Shown here: one piece after another, positions 10,115 to 18,758 of the stretch | Position numbering within the stretch: position 1 is the first letter of the stretch | How the letters are laid out: every line of letters begins with the position of its first letter | Assembly: GCA_937903325.1 (NCBI GenBank) | Contig: CALCZR010000058.1 | Span: 1,034-65,033, forward strand | From: an uncultured Candidatus Saccharibacteria bacterium | Lineage (GTDB): Bacteria; Patescibacteriota; Saccharimonadia; Saccharimonadales; AWTP1-31 | DNA length: 64,000 nucleotides | Direction: 5' to 3' | Notes under the pieces: model-generated | Told to the model about the DNA's origin: nothing | Databases searched by the model: none | The model's input: the letters and a program-made list of their open reading frames with translations, nothing else | Program-made: the position numbers and the translations under genes

Positions 10115-11261
10115 GGTTAGTATTATCACTGGTTGGCTTGTTATTTGCAATTTCTCGCGTATATAGTTTTTCCAGTTGCTTGCCAACAACGTTGACATCA
10201 AAGTCTTTTATGCGCTCTAGCTGAGACGTACGAATCTTGCTTCGCAGCTTTGTATCTCTGAGTAAATGCGCCAGCCTGTCAGCAAAGGCAGCAGTGTCAT
10301 TGGGGTCGATAAGCGCCAGCGGCTCATTCTCCAGCACATATCGGTAGCCTGGGTTATCTCCACCGAGCACCACACCAGCTCCCGCCGCGATGGCCTCAAC
10401 CAGTACAATGCCAAAGCTCTCGCCAGCGATACTAGGCATCACCGCAATATCTGCGGAGCGTAGGTAGTCTGGCTTCTCGGCTTCAGTGAGCCAGCCAGCT
10501 AGTACAACGTGGTCCTGTAGGTAATACTTCTGGATATACTCTTCAATTTTAGGTAGTTCTGGGCCATGGCCCGCAACAATAACCCGGACGTCTTTGAGTT
10601 TGTCTTGGTCATGCAAACGCTGGACGGCCTTAAGTAGCTGCATGCAACCTTTACGTTCTACGAGGCGACCGAGGAACACGATGTTTTGTTTACCGTCATC
10701 GAATTTCTTGAGTTTTTTGCCAGCCGTGAAGCCTGCTAGGTTTACAGCGTTCGGAATAACGACCGAATCAATACCCATGACTCTACTGGCAAACTCTTGG
10801 GCGGCTTCAGAGACTGCCGCAATGGCACTGAATTTCTTGAGAGTAGGGGACAATACTTTAGAAAGGAGCTTTGAGCCAGTTGTTTGCAGCTTACCATATG
10901 GCAAAATATGGAAGGTACCAATAATAGCCGTGGTTGGTTCGGCAAGGCTGATAACTTTGCCGGCAAGCTGGGGACTGTACGGCAGTTGGACATGCAGGAC
11001 ATCGAACTGTTGGGCGCGGAGTAGTTCGGTTATTCCTGAGCGTGACCCAGAAAAGGGAATAGATAATCTATTGTGGTTAAAGCTTACTGAGACATTCTTG
11101 CTCAGACTATGAATATTCGGGATGTCATCTCGAACTGTTTGACCAACAAGGTAATGTACTTCGTGACCACGACTGACAAACCATTTGCCAAGCGTCAGGA
11201 CGTACTGCTGGACCCCATCCGGAGCATCGAGGCCGTCATCGAGTACAAACCCTATCTTCAT
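10101..11261 (-). CDS. glycosyltransferase family 4
   Basis: GT-B layout with ESFGIVLVEAIAAG (the EX7E region) and an N-terminal GGVQQYV motif. Confidence 0.85.
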   Translation of the reverse strand: MKIGFVLDDGLDAPDGVQQYVLTLGKWFVSRGHEVHYLVGQTVRDDIPNIHSLSKNVSVSFNHNRLSIPFSGSRSGITELLRAQQFDVLHVQLPYSPQLAGKVISLAEPTTAIIGTFHILPYGKLQTTGSKLLSKVLSPTLKKFSAIAAVSEAAQEFASRVMGIDSVVIPNAVNLAGFTAGKKLKKFDDGKQNIVFLGRLVERKGCMQLLKAVQRLHDQDKLKDVRVIVAGHGPELPKIEEYIQKYYLQDHVVLAGWLTEAEKPDYLRSADIAVMPSIAGESFGIVLVEAIAAGAGVVLGGDNPGYRYVLENEPLALIDPNDTAAFADRLAHLLRDTKLRSKIRTSQLERIKDFDVNVVGKQLEKLYTREIANNKPTSDNTNHEQE

Positions 11262-12397
11262 GACAACTGCTTGTATTTCTTAATCGCACGCTTGTAAGTT
11301 TTTTCGTAGAGATCGACGACATTACTGTAATCAAACTGTTTTACATATTCAGTGGCCCATTTGAGCCATAGCTCACGTACTTCTTGGTCATACAGCATAA
11401 GTTCAAGGCGCTGGGCAAAGTCAGTTGTGTTTTCAGAAGAGACTAAGCTTAGCCGGCCACGGCCGGTCATGACACTGGCGTAACCAGGGTTGTTACCAGC
11501 TACCACTACGCAACCAGCAGCCATGGCCTCAAGTAGAACAATGCCAAAACTTTCGCCGTACATAGCCGGGCTACAGTAGAGATCTGCCGTTTGCATGAGT
11601 CGGACTTTTTCTTCCTCGGATACAAAGCCGACAAAAGATACATCCGGAATGTCGTATTTCTTAACTCGTGCAACAAGGTTGCTGCGCAGGTCTCCGTCTC
11701 CAGCGATAATTAACTCAACGTTGTCGTGGCTTTCCCGCAACTCTGCATATGCATCAAGTAGGTACTTCACACCCTTCCGACGTTCTAGCCGACCGACATA
11801 CACAATCTTCTTTACTTTGTTATGAGGCTTTTTAAATGACTTTGTCGGTTGATACTGGCTCAAGCGAATACCGTTCGGAACAATCTCCAGCTCAGCTTGT
11901 GGCGAATAGACTAGTGCTGCATCTCGGGCTACTGCCGACACAGCGGTGTGTACTTGGGCGTGTGACTCAATGTACTTAGCAACCGGCGACATGATCTTTT
12001 CAAAGGACTTGCTGACCATGCCGTCCGGCAGGGTGGCATGCATAGTTGCCACGTTAGCTACCCGGGAGCGGCTCATGAGCTGCAAGCCAAAGACTGGCAG
12101 ACCCGGTTCATGAAAATGCATGACGTCAAAACTCTCCGCAGCCAGCAGTGCATCTACTTTTTCATTAGATGAACTCATTCCTACATCTGCTTTGGTAGAG
12201 AAAGGAGTGTTAAGCTCAGCAGAGCCCCCAAGCAAAATTACATCAGGGTCAGTTTCAGCTGGTAAGCGCCGAGGTTTTGGAGCGATAACACGGACATAGT
12301 GACCGCGACTTTTGAGTTCGTTAGCAATTTCTCGTACACAAACTTGCACACCGCCAGGACGGTAGTAGTTATACGGGCAAACAAGTCCGATACGCAT
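11258..12397 (-). CDS. glycosyltransferase family 4
   Basis: PGGVQVCV N-terminal motif and ESFGIVLLEAMAAG EX7E region. 4-nt overlap with the downstream GT4 gene. Confidence 0.85.
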   Translation of the reverse strand: MRIGLVCPYNYYRPGGVQVCVREIANELKSRGHYVRVIAPKPRRLPAETDPDVILLGGSAELNTPFSTKADVGMSSSNEKVDALLAAESFDVMHFHEPGLPVFGLQLMSRSRVANVATMHATLPDGMVSKSFEKIMSPVAKYIESHAQVHTAVSAVARDAALVYSPQAELEIVPNGIRLSQYQPTKSFKKPHNKVKKIVYVGRLERRKGVKYLLDAYAELRESHDNVELIIAGDGDLRSNLVARVKKYDIPDVSFVGFVSEEEKVRLMQTADLYCSPAMYGESFGIVLLEAMAAGCVVVAGNNPGYASVMTGRGRLSLVSSENTTDFAQRLELMLYDQEVRELWLKWATEYVKQFDYSNVVDLYEKTYKRAIKKYKQLS

Positions 12398-12442
12398 TAC
12401 TACTAGTATACCACTCTGTTATAGGTTTGTTAGGATGGATGA

Positions 12443-13501
12443 TTGCCTAGAGTTACAATGAGCTATATGGCAAAACGCATTCGTATCTACAAAGCAGGTG
12501 GCTTTGACCAACTAAAAATTGAAGACTTCGACAGTCCTGGACCGAGAGACGAAGACGTAAAGATTAGCGTAAAGTCTGCTGGCATTAATTTCGCCGACAC
12601 TATCGTGCGACAAGGGCATTATGCCTCAGCCAAAAAATACATTTGGTGGCCTATCACACCAGGATTCGAAGTAGCTGGTACGGTAATGTCTGTTGGTAAG
12701 AAGGTAGACAGCTTCAAAGTTGGTGACAGGGTCATGGCTATTACATTGTTTAATGGCTACAGCAGTGAAATAGTCGTTAGGGCGGCTAACGCTCGGAAAA
12801 TTCCCAAGGTACTAAGCTTTGATGAAGCAGCCGGGATACTAGCGGTTTTTGGAACAAGTTACTATGCCAACTATTGGCTCAACCAACCACGTCGTGGATC
12901 GGTTTGCTTAGTACATTCTGCCGCAGGTGGTGTTGGTCTTGCACTCGTTCAGATGTTAAAAGAGTTGGGCTGTACTGTTATTGGTGTCGTTGGGAATAGC
13001 TCAAAAGTTGCAATAACTAAGACGTACGGCGCAGATGAAGTAATCGATAAATCAAGTCAGGACCTATGGAAAACGGTCGAGAAGATCGCACCCGAAGGAC
13101 TTGATATAGTGTTTGACCCAAATGGCGCAAGCACGTTTAAGCAGAGCTATAAACACCTCAAGATGACAGGAAAGCTCATCATATATGGTCACCAATCAAT
13201 GCTCTCTAAGACAAAAGGTAAACAAAACCCACTCTTACTGGTAATGAAGTACCTGCAGACCCCACGTTTTAATGCCTTCAACATGGTTACGGATAGTAAA
13301 AGCGTACTGGGATTCAATGTAAGCTTCTTCTTTGACCAACAAGATATGCTCACCGAGTTCCTCAACTACATTGTGGCAAAAATAGAAAACAAAAAGTTGC
13401 GGCCGCTACCGGTAAAAACATATTCTTACACGAACATAGCCCAAGCACATCAAGACCTGCAGTCAGGCAAGACAACAGGGAAGCTGGTTATAAATTTCTA
13501 G
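12443..13501 (+). CDS. zinc-type alcohol dehydrogenase / quinone oxidoreductase family (MDR) protein
   Basis: GINFAD, GDRV, and the nucleotide-binding VLVHSAAGGVG motif. TTG start with AGGA upstream; alternative ATGs at 12458 and 12467. Confidence 0.8.
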   Translation: MPRVTMSYMAKRIRIYKAGGFDQLKIEDFDSPGPRDEDVKISVKSAGINFADTIVRQGHYASAKKYIWWPITPGFEVAGTVMSVGKKVDSFKVGDRVMAITLFNGYSSEIVVRAANARKIPKVLSFDEAAGILAVFGTSYYANYWLNQPRRGSVCLVHSAAGGVGLALVQMLKELGCTVIGVVGNSSKVAITKTYGADEVIDKSSQDLWKTVEKIAPEGLDIVFDPNGASTFKQSYKHLKMTGKLIIYGHQSMLSKTKGKQNPLLLVMKYLQTPRFNAFNMVTDSKSVLGFNVSFFFDQQDMLTEFLNYIVAKIENKKLRPLPVKTYSYTNIAQAHQDLQSGKTTGKLVINF

Positions 13502-13504
13502 CGC

Positions 13505-14452
13505 CTAGCGAGGTTGCTGAGCAAGTAGACGTTTCAGTCGTGGTGGAATAAAGACGCTGGCTGCAGCGGCATCGGCAATAACGGTTGGACCGTGGTTCTT
13601 GAAGCTGGTCTTGATTATATTCACTTTGTCGTAGATGACTGCCAGGTGCTGTTCGACGACATGGTTATCAAAATAACGGTCATCGTCTACACCAATATGG
13701 TAAACGGGCAGGTTAACTCTTTCATTGACGAGGTTCAGTTTAAACATACTGACAGACGTATCCATATAGGTTCGTATGTCATTTACTTGCCATAGATGGA
13801 CTTCAAAATCTATACGTTTCTTGCGCTCGGCTTCATCCGCGTCTTTGAGTTTGACGTTCTTGTCGGCAACGAGTGCGTAGGTCGCTCTAATAAGGCTTGG
13901 ACGGAGAGCAAGGTTTTTACCAATGTAGGCCGGAATACGGTTAGAAAAGAAACTGGCACCGTAGCGCATAAGGTAGAAGTTCCGCTTAGAGAAGACGAAC
14001 TCGTCGTGATGTGTAAAGCCCACGACACTGACCAGCAGCTCTACCTTTTTTGTAAGCTCTGGGCAGCGTTGCAGCATGCGGGTTGTAATGGCAAAGCCTA
14101 GTGACATAGCAATAATGGTCACTTTTTTCCGCTTGTAACGCATCTTTACGAAGGCCGCTAAGTAATCTGCTAGGTTATCTATGCTTGGCTTAAGTCCAAT
14201 TTTGTACAGCGGCTCCATGCCCCCGAAACCAGGAAGATCTGGCATGGTGACGCTACCATAACGGTTGAGCACCTGCATAACTCCAAACTGTCGCTCGAGG
14301 CTTGCGTGGTGGCCATATACAAACAGCATCTCACGACTTTTACCCTTCGGAGCAGGCATGTGTAACATGCGACCTTCTAGACCATTCATGAGCAGGGGCT
14401 GAATGTAATCTTCCGGGTTCTGTGTTTTAGGATCTGTTTTTGTGCGAGCCAT
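13505..14452 (-). CDS. alpha/beta hydrolase
   Basis: Nucleophile elbow AMSLG and a PDLPGFGG motif. The start is moved to the internal ATG (MARTK), because the longer ORF would overlap the divergent VanY-like gene. Confidence 0.7.
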   Translation of the reverse strand: MARTKTDPKTQNPEDYIQPLLMNGLEGRMLHMPAPKGKSREMLFVYGHHASLERQFGVMQVLNRYGSVTMPDLPGFGGMEPLYKIGLKPSIDNLADYLAAFVKMRYKRKKVTIIAMSLGFAITTRMLQRCPELTKKVELLVSVVGFTHHDEFVFSKRNFYLMRYGASFFSNRIPAYIGKNLALRPSLIRATYALVADKNVKLKDADEAERKKRIDFEVHLWQVNDIRTYMDTSVSMFKLNLVNERVNLPVYHIGVDDDRYFDNHVVEQHLAVIYDKVNIIKTSFKNHGPTVIADAAAASVFIPPRLKRLLAQQPR

Positions 14453-14532
14453 TACATCAAAATGTACGGGAAAAGTGCTTACTTGCCAAGCATAAGCAAC
14501 AGGATATACAACACTTGGTATACTAAAAGGAC

Positions 14533-15264
14533 ATGCGACGTACAAAAATACTCCTGCCTATGCTACTCATTGCTATCGTAGTGGGCGTCTTTTTTGTCAC
14601 CAACCAGAAGTCAGCAGCACCCAGTAATTCGACAGAGCAGAAGAGTAGCAAACAAGGTACCGGAAGTTTTAATAAGACCCAGTACTCAATCAATCAACCA
14701 GGTAGTATTTGGTGGATCGTGAATAAGAAGCGAGCACTTCCACGTGGCTACGCCCCCAGCAACCTAACCAACCCCAAGGTTGCCTTGCGTCTGTCATCCA
14801 GTACGCCAGAAATGAACATCCGTGGTGACGTGGCGCCTGCAGTAGAGCAGTTGTTTGCTGGAGCAGCCAACGCGGGGCACAACCTACTATTTGCCAGTGG
14901 CTACCGCTCTGAGGCCCTGCAAAAACAGCTCTATGATGGATATGTACGTACCGATGGCCAGGAAGCAGCCGATCGCTCCAGCGCCAAGCCCGGAACCAGC
15001 GAACACCAGACCGGACTGGCTTTTGATATTTGTCTCGCTAATAGCGGCTGCAGTCTTGAGCAATCGTTCGGCACTACACCAGCAGGGCAATGGATTGCCG
15101 ACCATGCCCATGAATACGGCTTTGTTGTTCGCTACCAGCCGGGCAAAGAACAAATCACCGGATATGAATACGAGCCGTGGCATTTACGCTACGTCGGCAC
15201 CGAACTTGCTACAGAACTACATAGCAAAAGAGTCACTATGGAAGAGTTCTTTGGTCTGCAATAA
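14533..15264 (+). CDS. M15 family D-alanyl-D-alanine carboxypeptidase (VanY-like)
   Basis: N-terminal TM anchor, SEHQTGLAFD (HxxxxxxD zinc motif) and EPWHLRYVG. Confidence 0.88.
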   Translation: MRRTKILLPMLLIAIVVGVFFVTNQKSAAPSNSTEQKSSKQGTGSFNKTQYSINQPGSIWWIVNKKRALPRGYAPSNLTNPKVALRLSSSTPEMNIRGDVAPAVEQLFAGAANAGHNLLFASGYRSEALQKQLYDGYVRTDGQEAADRSSAKPGTSEHQTGLAFDICLANSGCSLEQSFGTTPAGQWIADHAHEYGFVVRYQPGKEQITGYEYEPWHLRYVGTELATELHSKRVTMEEFFGLQ

Positions 15265-15294
15265 ATAATAGATATGGGTAACTAGCTGTTTTTG

Positions 15295-16539
15295 TTAGCG
15301 CCTAAACAAGCGCCACTGCGCAGTAGGTGGGGCCAGGCCGTCGTTCTGCACCAATTCAACACTAGCCTTTGCCGTGCCAAAGGTAATCTCTGCCTCGCCT
15401 AACCGTGCACCTTTTGCAAATGCCTTTGATTCAAGCTTAGAGGATACCATTGGAGCACCATCTTTCCAGCCAAACAGCGACACGTCTTTCTTGACCACCA
15501 CAGCCGCCTGAGACCCCCACGCTGTCTTGACACTACCAAACTGTTGCCCAGCGGTTGCCACAACCGTATCTCCAAAACCATCTCGGGTCTGGGCGAGCAA
15601 GGGCTTGGACTGGTTCATGGCGTCTGTGAGGGTAGGCGTACCCATAATGGCAGCAACGGTTGTTACAGACTGACCATTGTCATAGTGCTGGACTGCTGAC
15701 ACTAGATAACAGCCACCGGCTTCGTTGGTATTACCGGTCTTTATGCCGTTAATACCGCTCTGTCCAAGTAGTCTGTTGGTGTTATATATTGTCCCGGCCA
15801 GCGGAACATCTGCCTGTTCTTGCTGGACTATTTGGGCGATAACGGGGTTCTGGAGTGCGGCAATACCAATAAAAACTAGGTCGTGGGGTGTACTCACCGT
15901 CTGAGCAGAAAAGCCGCTCGAGTCTGCGACAGTTGTCTGAGTTAGTCCCAGCTTTTTTACGTAATCGTTGGCATACCGTATGTAGTCAGTCTGTGAGCCA
16001 AAGGCCCAGTTAGTCAATGTCTCTGCCATGTTGTTAGAGGAGGGGAGTAGTAGTGCTTGCAAGGCCTGGTACTGCGTCAGAGCCTCGCCAGCCGTCACCG
16101 CACTCACCGACCCATCTTCGGCAAGATACCGGTGGTAGATCTCCTCGTCCTCTATGGTAAGGGTAATAGTTTCGCCTTGTTCATCGAGTTGCAAAGGCTT
16201 TTTGTCTAGGATTACAAGTGCCGTAATGATTTTCGCAAGACTGGCGGTGGGCATTGGCTTAGTATCTTGACTACTGACGCCAAGTACCCCAAAACCAACA
16301 GCCCCGACAGCTGACTGACCTTGCTCTGGCCATGTAAAGGAATGTTCTTTTTGTGAATAATGCTGCTCAGTTTCAGTAAATGTAAACGCAGGAAGTGGCT
16401 GGTGGTAGCGCCAAGAGCCTAGGGCTAGCGCAGAGAGCAGAATAGCAACGAGAAGCACCGGCACAACGAGACGTTTAAACCTCTGTTTTACAGATCGGCG
16501 AGGGGTTCTCCGTAATTGGTGGGGTTCAATGACTCTCAT
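15295..16539 (-). CDS. serine-type D-Ala-D-Ala carboxypeptidase (S11, PBP5/6-like)
   Basis: SxxK (ASLAKI), SxN (SSNN) and KTG (KTGNT) motifs, with an N-terminal membrane anchor. Confidence 0.9.
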   Translation of the reverse strand: MRVIEPHQLRRTPRRSVKQRFKRLVVPVLLVAILLSALALGSWRYHQPLPAFTFTETEQHYSQKEHSFTWPEQGQSAVGAVGFGVLGVSSQDTKPMPTASLAKIITALVILDKKPLQLDEQGETITLTIEDEEIYHRYLAEDGSVSAVTAGEALTQYQALQALLLPSSNNMAETLTNWAFGSQTDYIRYANDYVKKLGLTQTTVADSSGFSAQTVSTPHDLVFIGIAALQNPVIAQIVQQEQADVPLAGTIYNTNRLLGQSGINGIKTGNTNEAGGCYLVSAVQHYDNGQSVTTVAAIMGTPTLTDAMNQSKPLLAQTRDGFGDTVVATAGQQFGSVKTAWGSQAAVVVKKDVSLFGWKDGAPMVSSKLESKAFAKGARLGEAEITFGTAKASVELVQNDGLAPPTAQWRLFRR

Positions 16540-16613
16540 ACAGGTTATGCTTGTATGTATTATACCAAAGACCCCTGAAGTGAACGGAGCTAGCCCTAGT
16601 CATTTGACTGTTT

Positions 16614-18392
16614 TTACGCTATAATCACCCCTTGTAATTCCACGTTAGTAGGGCGTCGCCAAGTGGTAAGGCACCAGTTTTTGGTACTGGCATTCGGGGG
16701 TTCGAATCCCTCCGCCCTAGCCATATGACCTTCGGGTCGAAATTGAGCTAAAAAAACGTCAGACACCTCTGTCGTTTTTTTATTTTCAGGTGTTCGAACT
16801 TTCAAATCTGCGTAGTTAGGTGTTTTGGTGAAAATTAGGCTGAAAAAGTTAGCTTTTGCAACCGGATTACTCTGTTGGAGTATCAAAATATCAAGGTGTT
16901 CGAAAAAATATCTGGCATAACGCATAACATCCTTCATTCCGAGTGGTTTCTCGATCTTTATTTGTGATTTCTCGTACTGCAAGTTTTCTATCTCCTTTTC
17001 GATACGGACGATCTCGTCCTCAATGAACTTAATGGCTGTTTCGTTATTTAGAAACTTAATCTTATCCATGCTTTGTCGAGCCTCAAGCGAAAGGGCTTTT
17101 ATATGCTCGTCTATAGCATCTGCTTCGTTTATATTGACCGCATTGCGTTTCTCCCATACTTGCATTACTTTTTCCTCAAACGCGTCCATATAGGCCTCAT
17201 TGACCCTCAGACTCTTCACAAACTGTTCTACGGTCTCTTCGAACTCAGCGAGCGGTATACGCACATTGTGGTTGTCTCTACGGCAGTGATAGGCTGGATA
17301 GTACTTGCCGAGCTTGCCACGCGACGCACTGCCGTATAGCGACCTATCGCATTCTGGACACAGTACAGCCTTCTTAAAGGGGAAGTCATTTGTCTTGGTT
17401 CCTACTTTATTGGCATGGTTCGGGTCTTTGTTAACAATTATCTTTGGTTCGCCGCCATTGTCATGGATAATAAACTTTCCACGATTAGCTCGATTGAATA
17501 GATCAACGTCAATAATGCCCTTGAATTTAAGCCTAATAGCTTTGTAGTTCGTCCATTTGCCGTAGGTTATTCCGGCGTACACTGGATTATTAATCATCCG
17601 CAGGAAAGACTTTGGAGCAAGCGGCTCACCTCCTCGTTGGCCGGTAATACGAGTTGGGTCTGACTTATCTCTCGTGTATTGAATATGCGTTTTAAAACCA
17701 CGTTTATTCATGAGATCAATAATCTCTTGATCGGACATTTTGCCTTCGGCTCGTAGCATAAACATGCTTTTCACGGTTGCTGCTTCCGTAGGGTGCGGAA
17801 CAAGGATAGTGCGCTTACCATGAGGTGTTATCTTCTTCTGACACTGCATACCGTAGATATCGCCACGTACCCAGTAGCCCATACGGCAATAGCGGATCTG
17901 TGCACCGATCATACGGCTCATAATGTCACGAATTTCATCTCTAGACTGCTCAGCCGCCAATAGCTCGCTCTTAAGCGTAGGCGAGTAGACACTCCAATCG
18001 TATTCGATACCGAGGTATGCTAGGGTGTTTACTTTTTCCGTACCGATAACGCCATAGGTATCAATGAGGCCAATGTTTAGCTCATCTAGCTGTTCTTTGA
18101 GGTGTCCATACGGCTTAAAGCCACCACGGGTGAAGCGATCGATTGATTTAACTATAAACAACTCAACACGTGAGTCGTTTTTTATCTGGTCGATGGCACG
18201 CTGCATCGGTTGTTCTTTTTTCGAACCAGACTCATAGAACTTAATGTAATCTATGATGACGATATTATTATGCTCAGCATAGCGGTCTATCTGCTCCTGC
18301 TGTGCTTTTGGTGAGTCCTTAAGACCCTGTTCCTTAGACGAAACACGTATGCCGCCGTAAGCATAGCGTACTCTATTCTGTGGTATCGCCAT
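16614..18392 (-). CDS. large serine recombinase (integrase); the 3' end reads antisense through tRNA-Gln
   Basis: Resolvase domain YGGIRVSSKEQ and DRFTRG, recombinase domain, Cys-rich zinc ribbon (CPECDRS...YHCRR), coiled-coil region. ATG at 18392 with a GGAGGGAGAGGAG RBS. The last ~36 codons are the reverse complement of the tRNA. Confidence 0.85.
   Translation of the reverse strand: MAIPQNRVRYAYGGIRVSSKEQGLKDSPKAQQEQIDRYAEHNNIVIIDYIKFYESGSKKEQPMQRAIDQIKNDSRVELFIVKSIDRFTRGGFKPYGHLKEQLDELNIGLIDTYGVIGTEKVNTLAYLGIEYDWSVYSPTLKSELLAAEQSRDEIRDIMSRMIGAQIRYCRMGYWVRGDIYGMQCQKKITPHGKRTILVPHPTEAATVKSMFMLRAEGKMSDQEIIDLMNKRGFKTHIQYTRDKSDPTRITGQRGGEPLAPKSFLRMINNPVYAGITYGKWTNYKAIRLKFKGIIDVDLFNRANRGKFIIHDNGGEPKIIVNKDPNHANKVGTKTNDFPFKKAVLCPECDRSLYGSASRGKLGKYYPAYHCRRDNHNVRIPLAEFEETVEQFVKSLRVNEAYMDAFEEKVMQVWEKRNAVNINEADAIDEHIKALSLEARQSMDKIKFLNNETAIKFIEDEIVRIEKEIENLQYEKSQIKIEKPLGMKDVMRYARYFFEHLDILILQQSNPVAKANFFSLIFTKTPNYADLKVRTPENKKTTEVSDVFLAQFRPEGHMARAEGFEPPNASTKNWCLTTWRRPTNVELQGVIIA
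16649..16723 (+). tRNA. tRNA-Gln (anticodon UUG), CCA encoded
   Basis: Hand-folded cloverleaf. Acceptor TAGGGCG/CGCCCTA, anticodon stem CCAGT/ACTGG with loop TTTTGGT, T arm GGGGG-TTCGAAT-CCCTC. U1:A72 and G73 are as in bacterial tRNA-Gln. A perfect TATAAT sits at 16620-16625. Confidence 0.9.
16750..16786. terminator. bidirectional intrinsic terminator after tRNA-Gln
   Basis: A7 run, stem ACGTCAGA/TCTGTCGT (7 of 8 pairs), 4-nt loop, T7 run. It lies inside the 3' part of the recombinase ORF. Confidence 0.7.
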
Positions 18393-18570
18393 GCTCCTCT
18401 CCCTCCTGTAGCTCCTTGAGCAACAATCTGTCATTGTCCAAATCTATTAGAATGCGATCAACCACCATAGTGGCGATCATCTCGATACGCGTCTCAGTCG
18501 GAAGCGACGTAAAGTACTGCTCTGAAGTGGTAGCTTTTTGGACTAATTCTTCTGCATTAAGTTGAGCCAT
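18373..18570 (-). CDS. hypothetical small acidic protein upstream of the recombinase (65 aa from MAQLN)
   Basis: ATG at 18570 preceded by GGAGGG. Overlaps the recombinase start by 20 nt. Candidate accessory or directionality factor by position only. Confidence 0.5.
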   Translation of the reverse strand: MAQLNAEELVQKATTSEQYFTSLPTETRIEMIATMVVDRILIDLDNDRLLLKELQEGEEHGDTTE

Positions 18571-18585
18571 ACTGTGTCCCTCCAA

Positions 18586-18758
18586 CAGTGATAACTATCG
18601 TTATATCTATAGTTTACTATAACTATACCGATAGTTTCAAGTACTTTGTGTGCAATATAATGAAGTCATCGGTGTCTTCACTCTGATTCCTTAAATGCAT
18701 CTGTTATTATTGGTATTTTTATTCTTCTTTATTACTATATACATATAGGAACAGAAAG
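18586..18758. promoter_or_regulatory. AT-rich divergent intergenic region with four alternating AACTAT/ATAGTT hexamers
   Basis: AACTAT at 18593 and 18621, ATAGTT at 18609 and 18631. ATAACTAT is repeated 28 nt apart, and AACTATCG (18593-18600) is inverted as CGATAGTT (18629-18636). Confidence 0.35.

Noticed and set aside
10594-11112. A 172-aa ORF antisense to the GT4 gene. Many similar shadow ORFs occur, for example 103..303, 110..388, 3742..4131, 22708..23088, 31242..31757, 46031..46399 and 49575..49859.
   Set aside because: All lie opposite or out of frame to genes with strong family motifs. They lack RBSs and have skewed, low-complexity compositions.
14855-15268. A 137-aa plus-strand ORF overlapping the VanY-like gene in a second frame.
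   Set aside because: It is fully nested in a gene with clear M15 motifs and has no motif or RBS of its own. It is a typical alternative-frame artefact.
16614-16723. The last ~36 codons of the recombinase ORF as a genuine conserved C terminus.
   Set aside because: They are exactly the reverse complement of the tRNA and lie beyond an intrinsic terminator. I treat them as junction read-through; see the findings.
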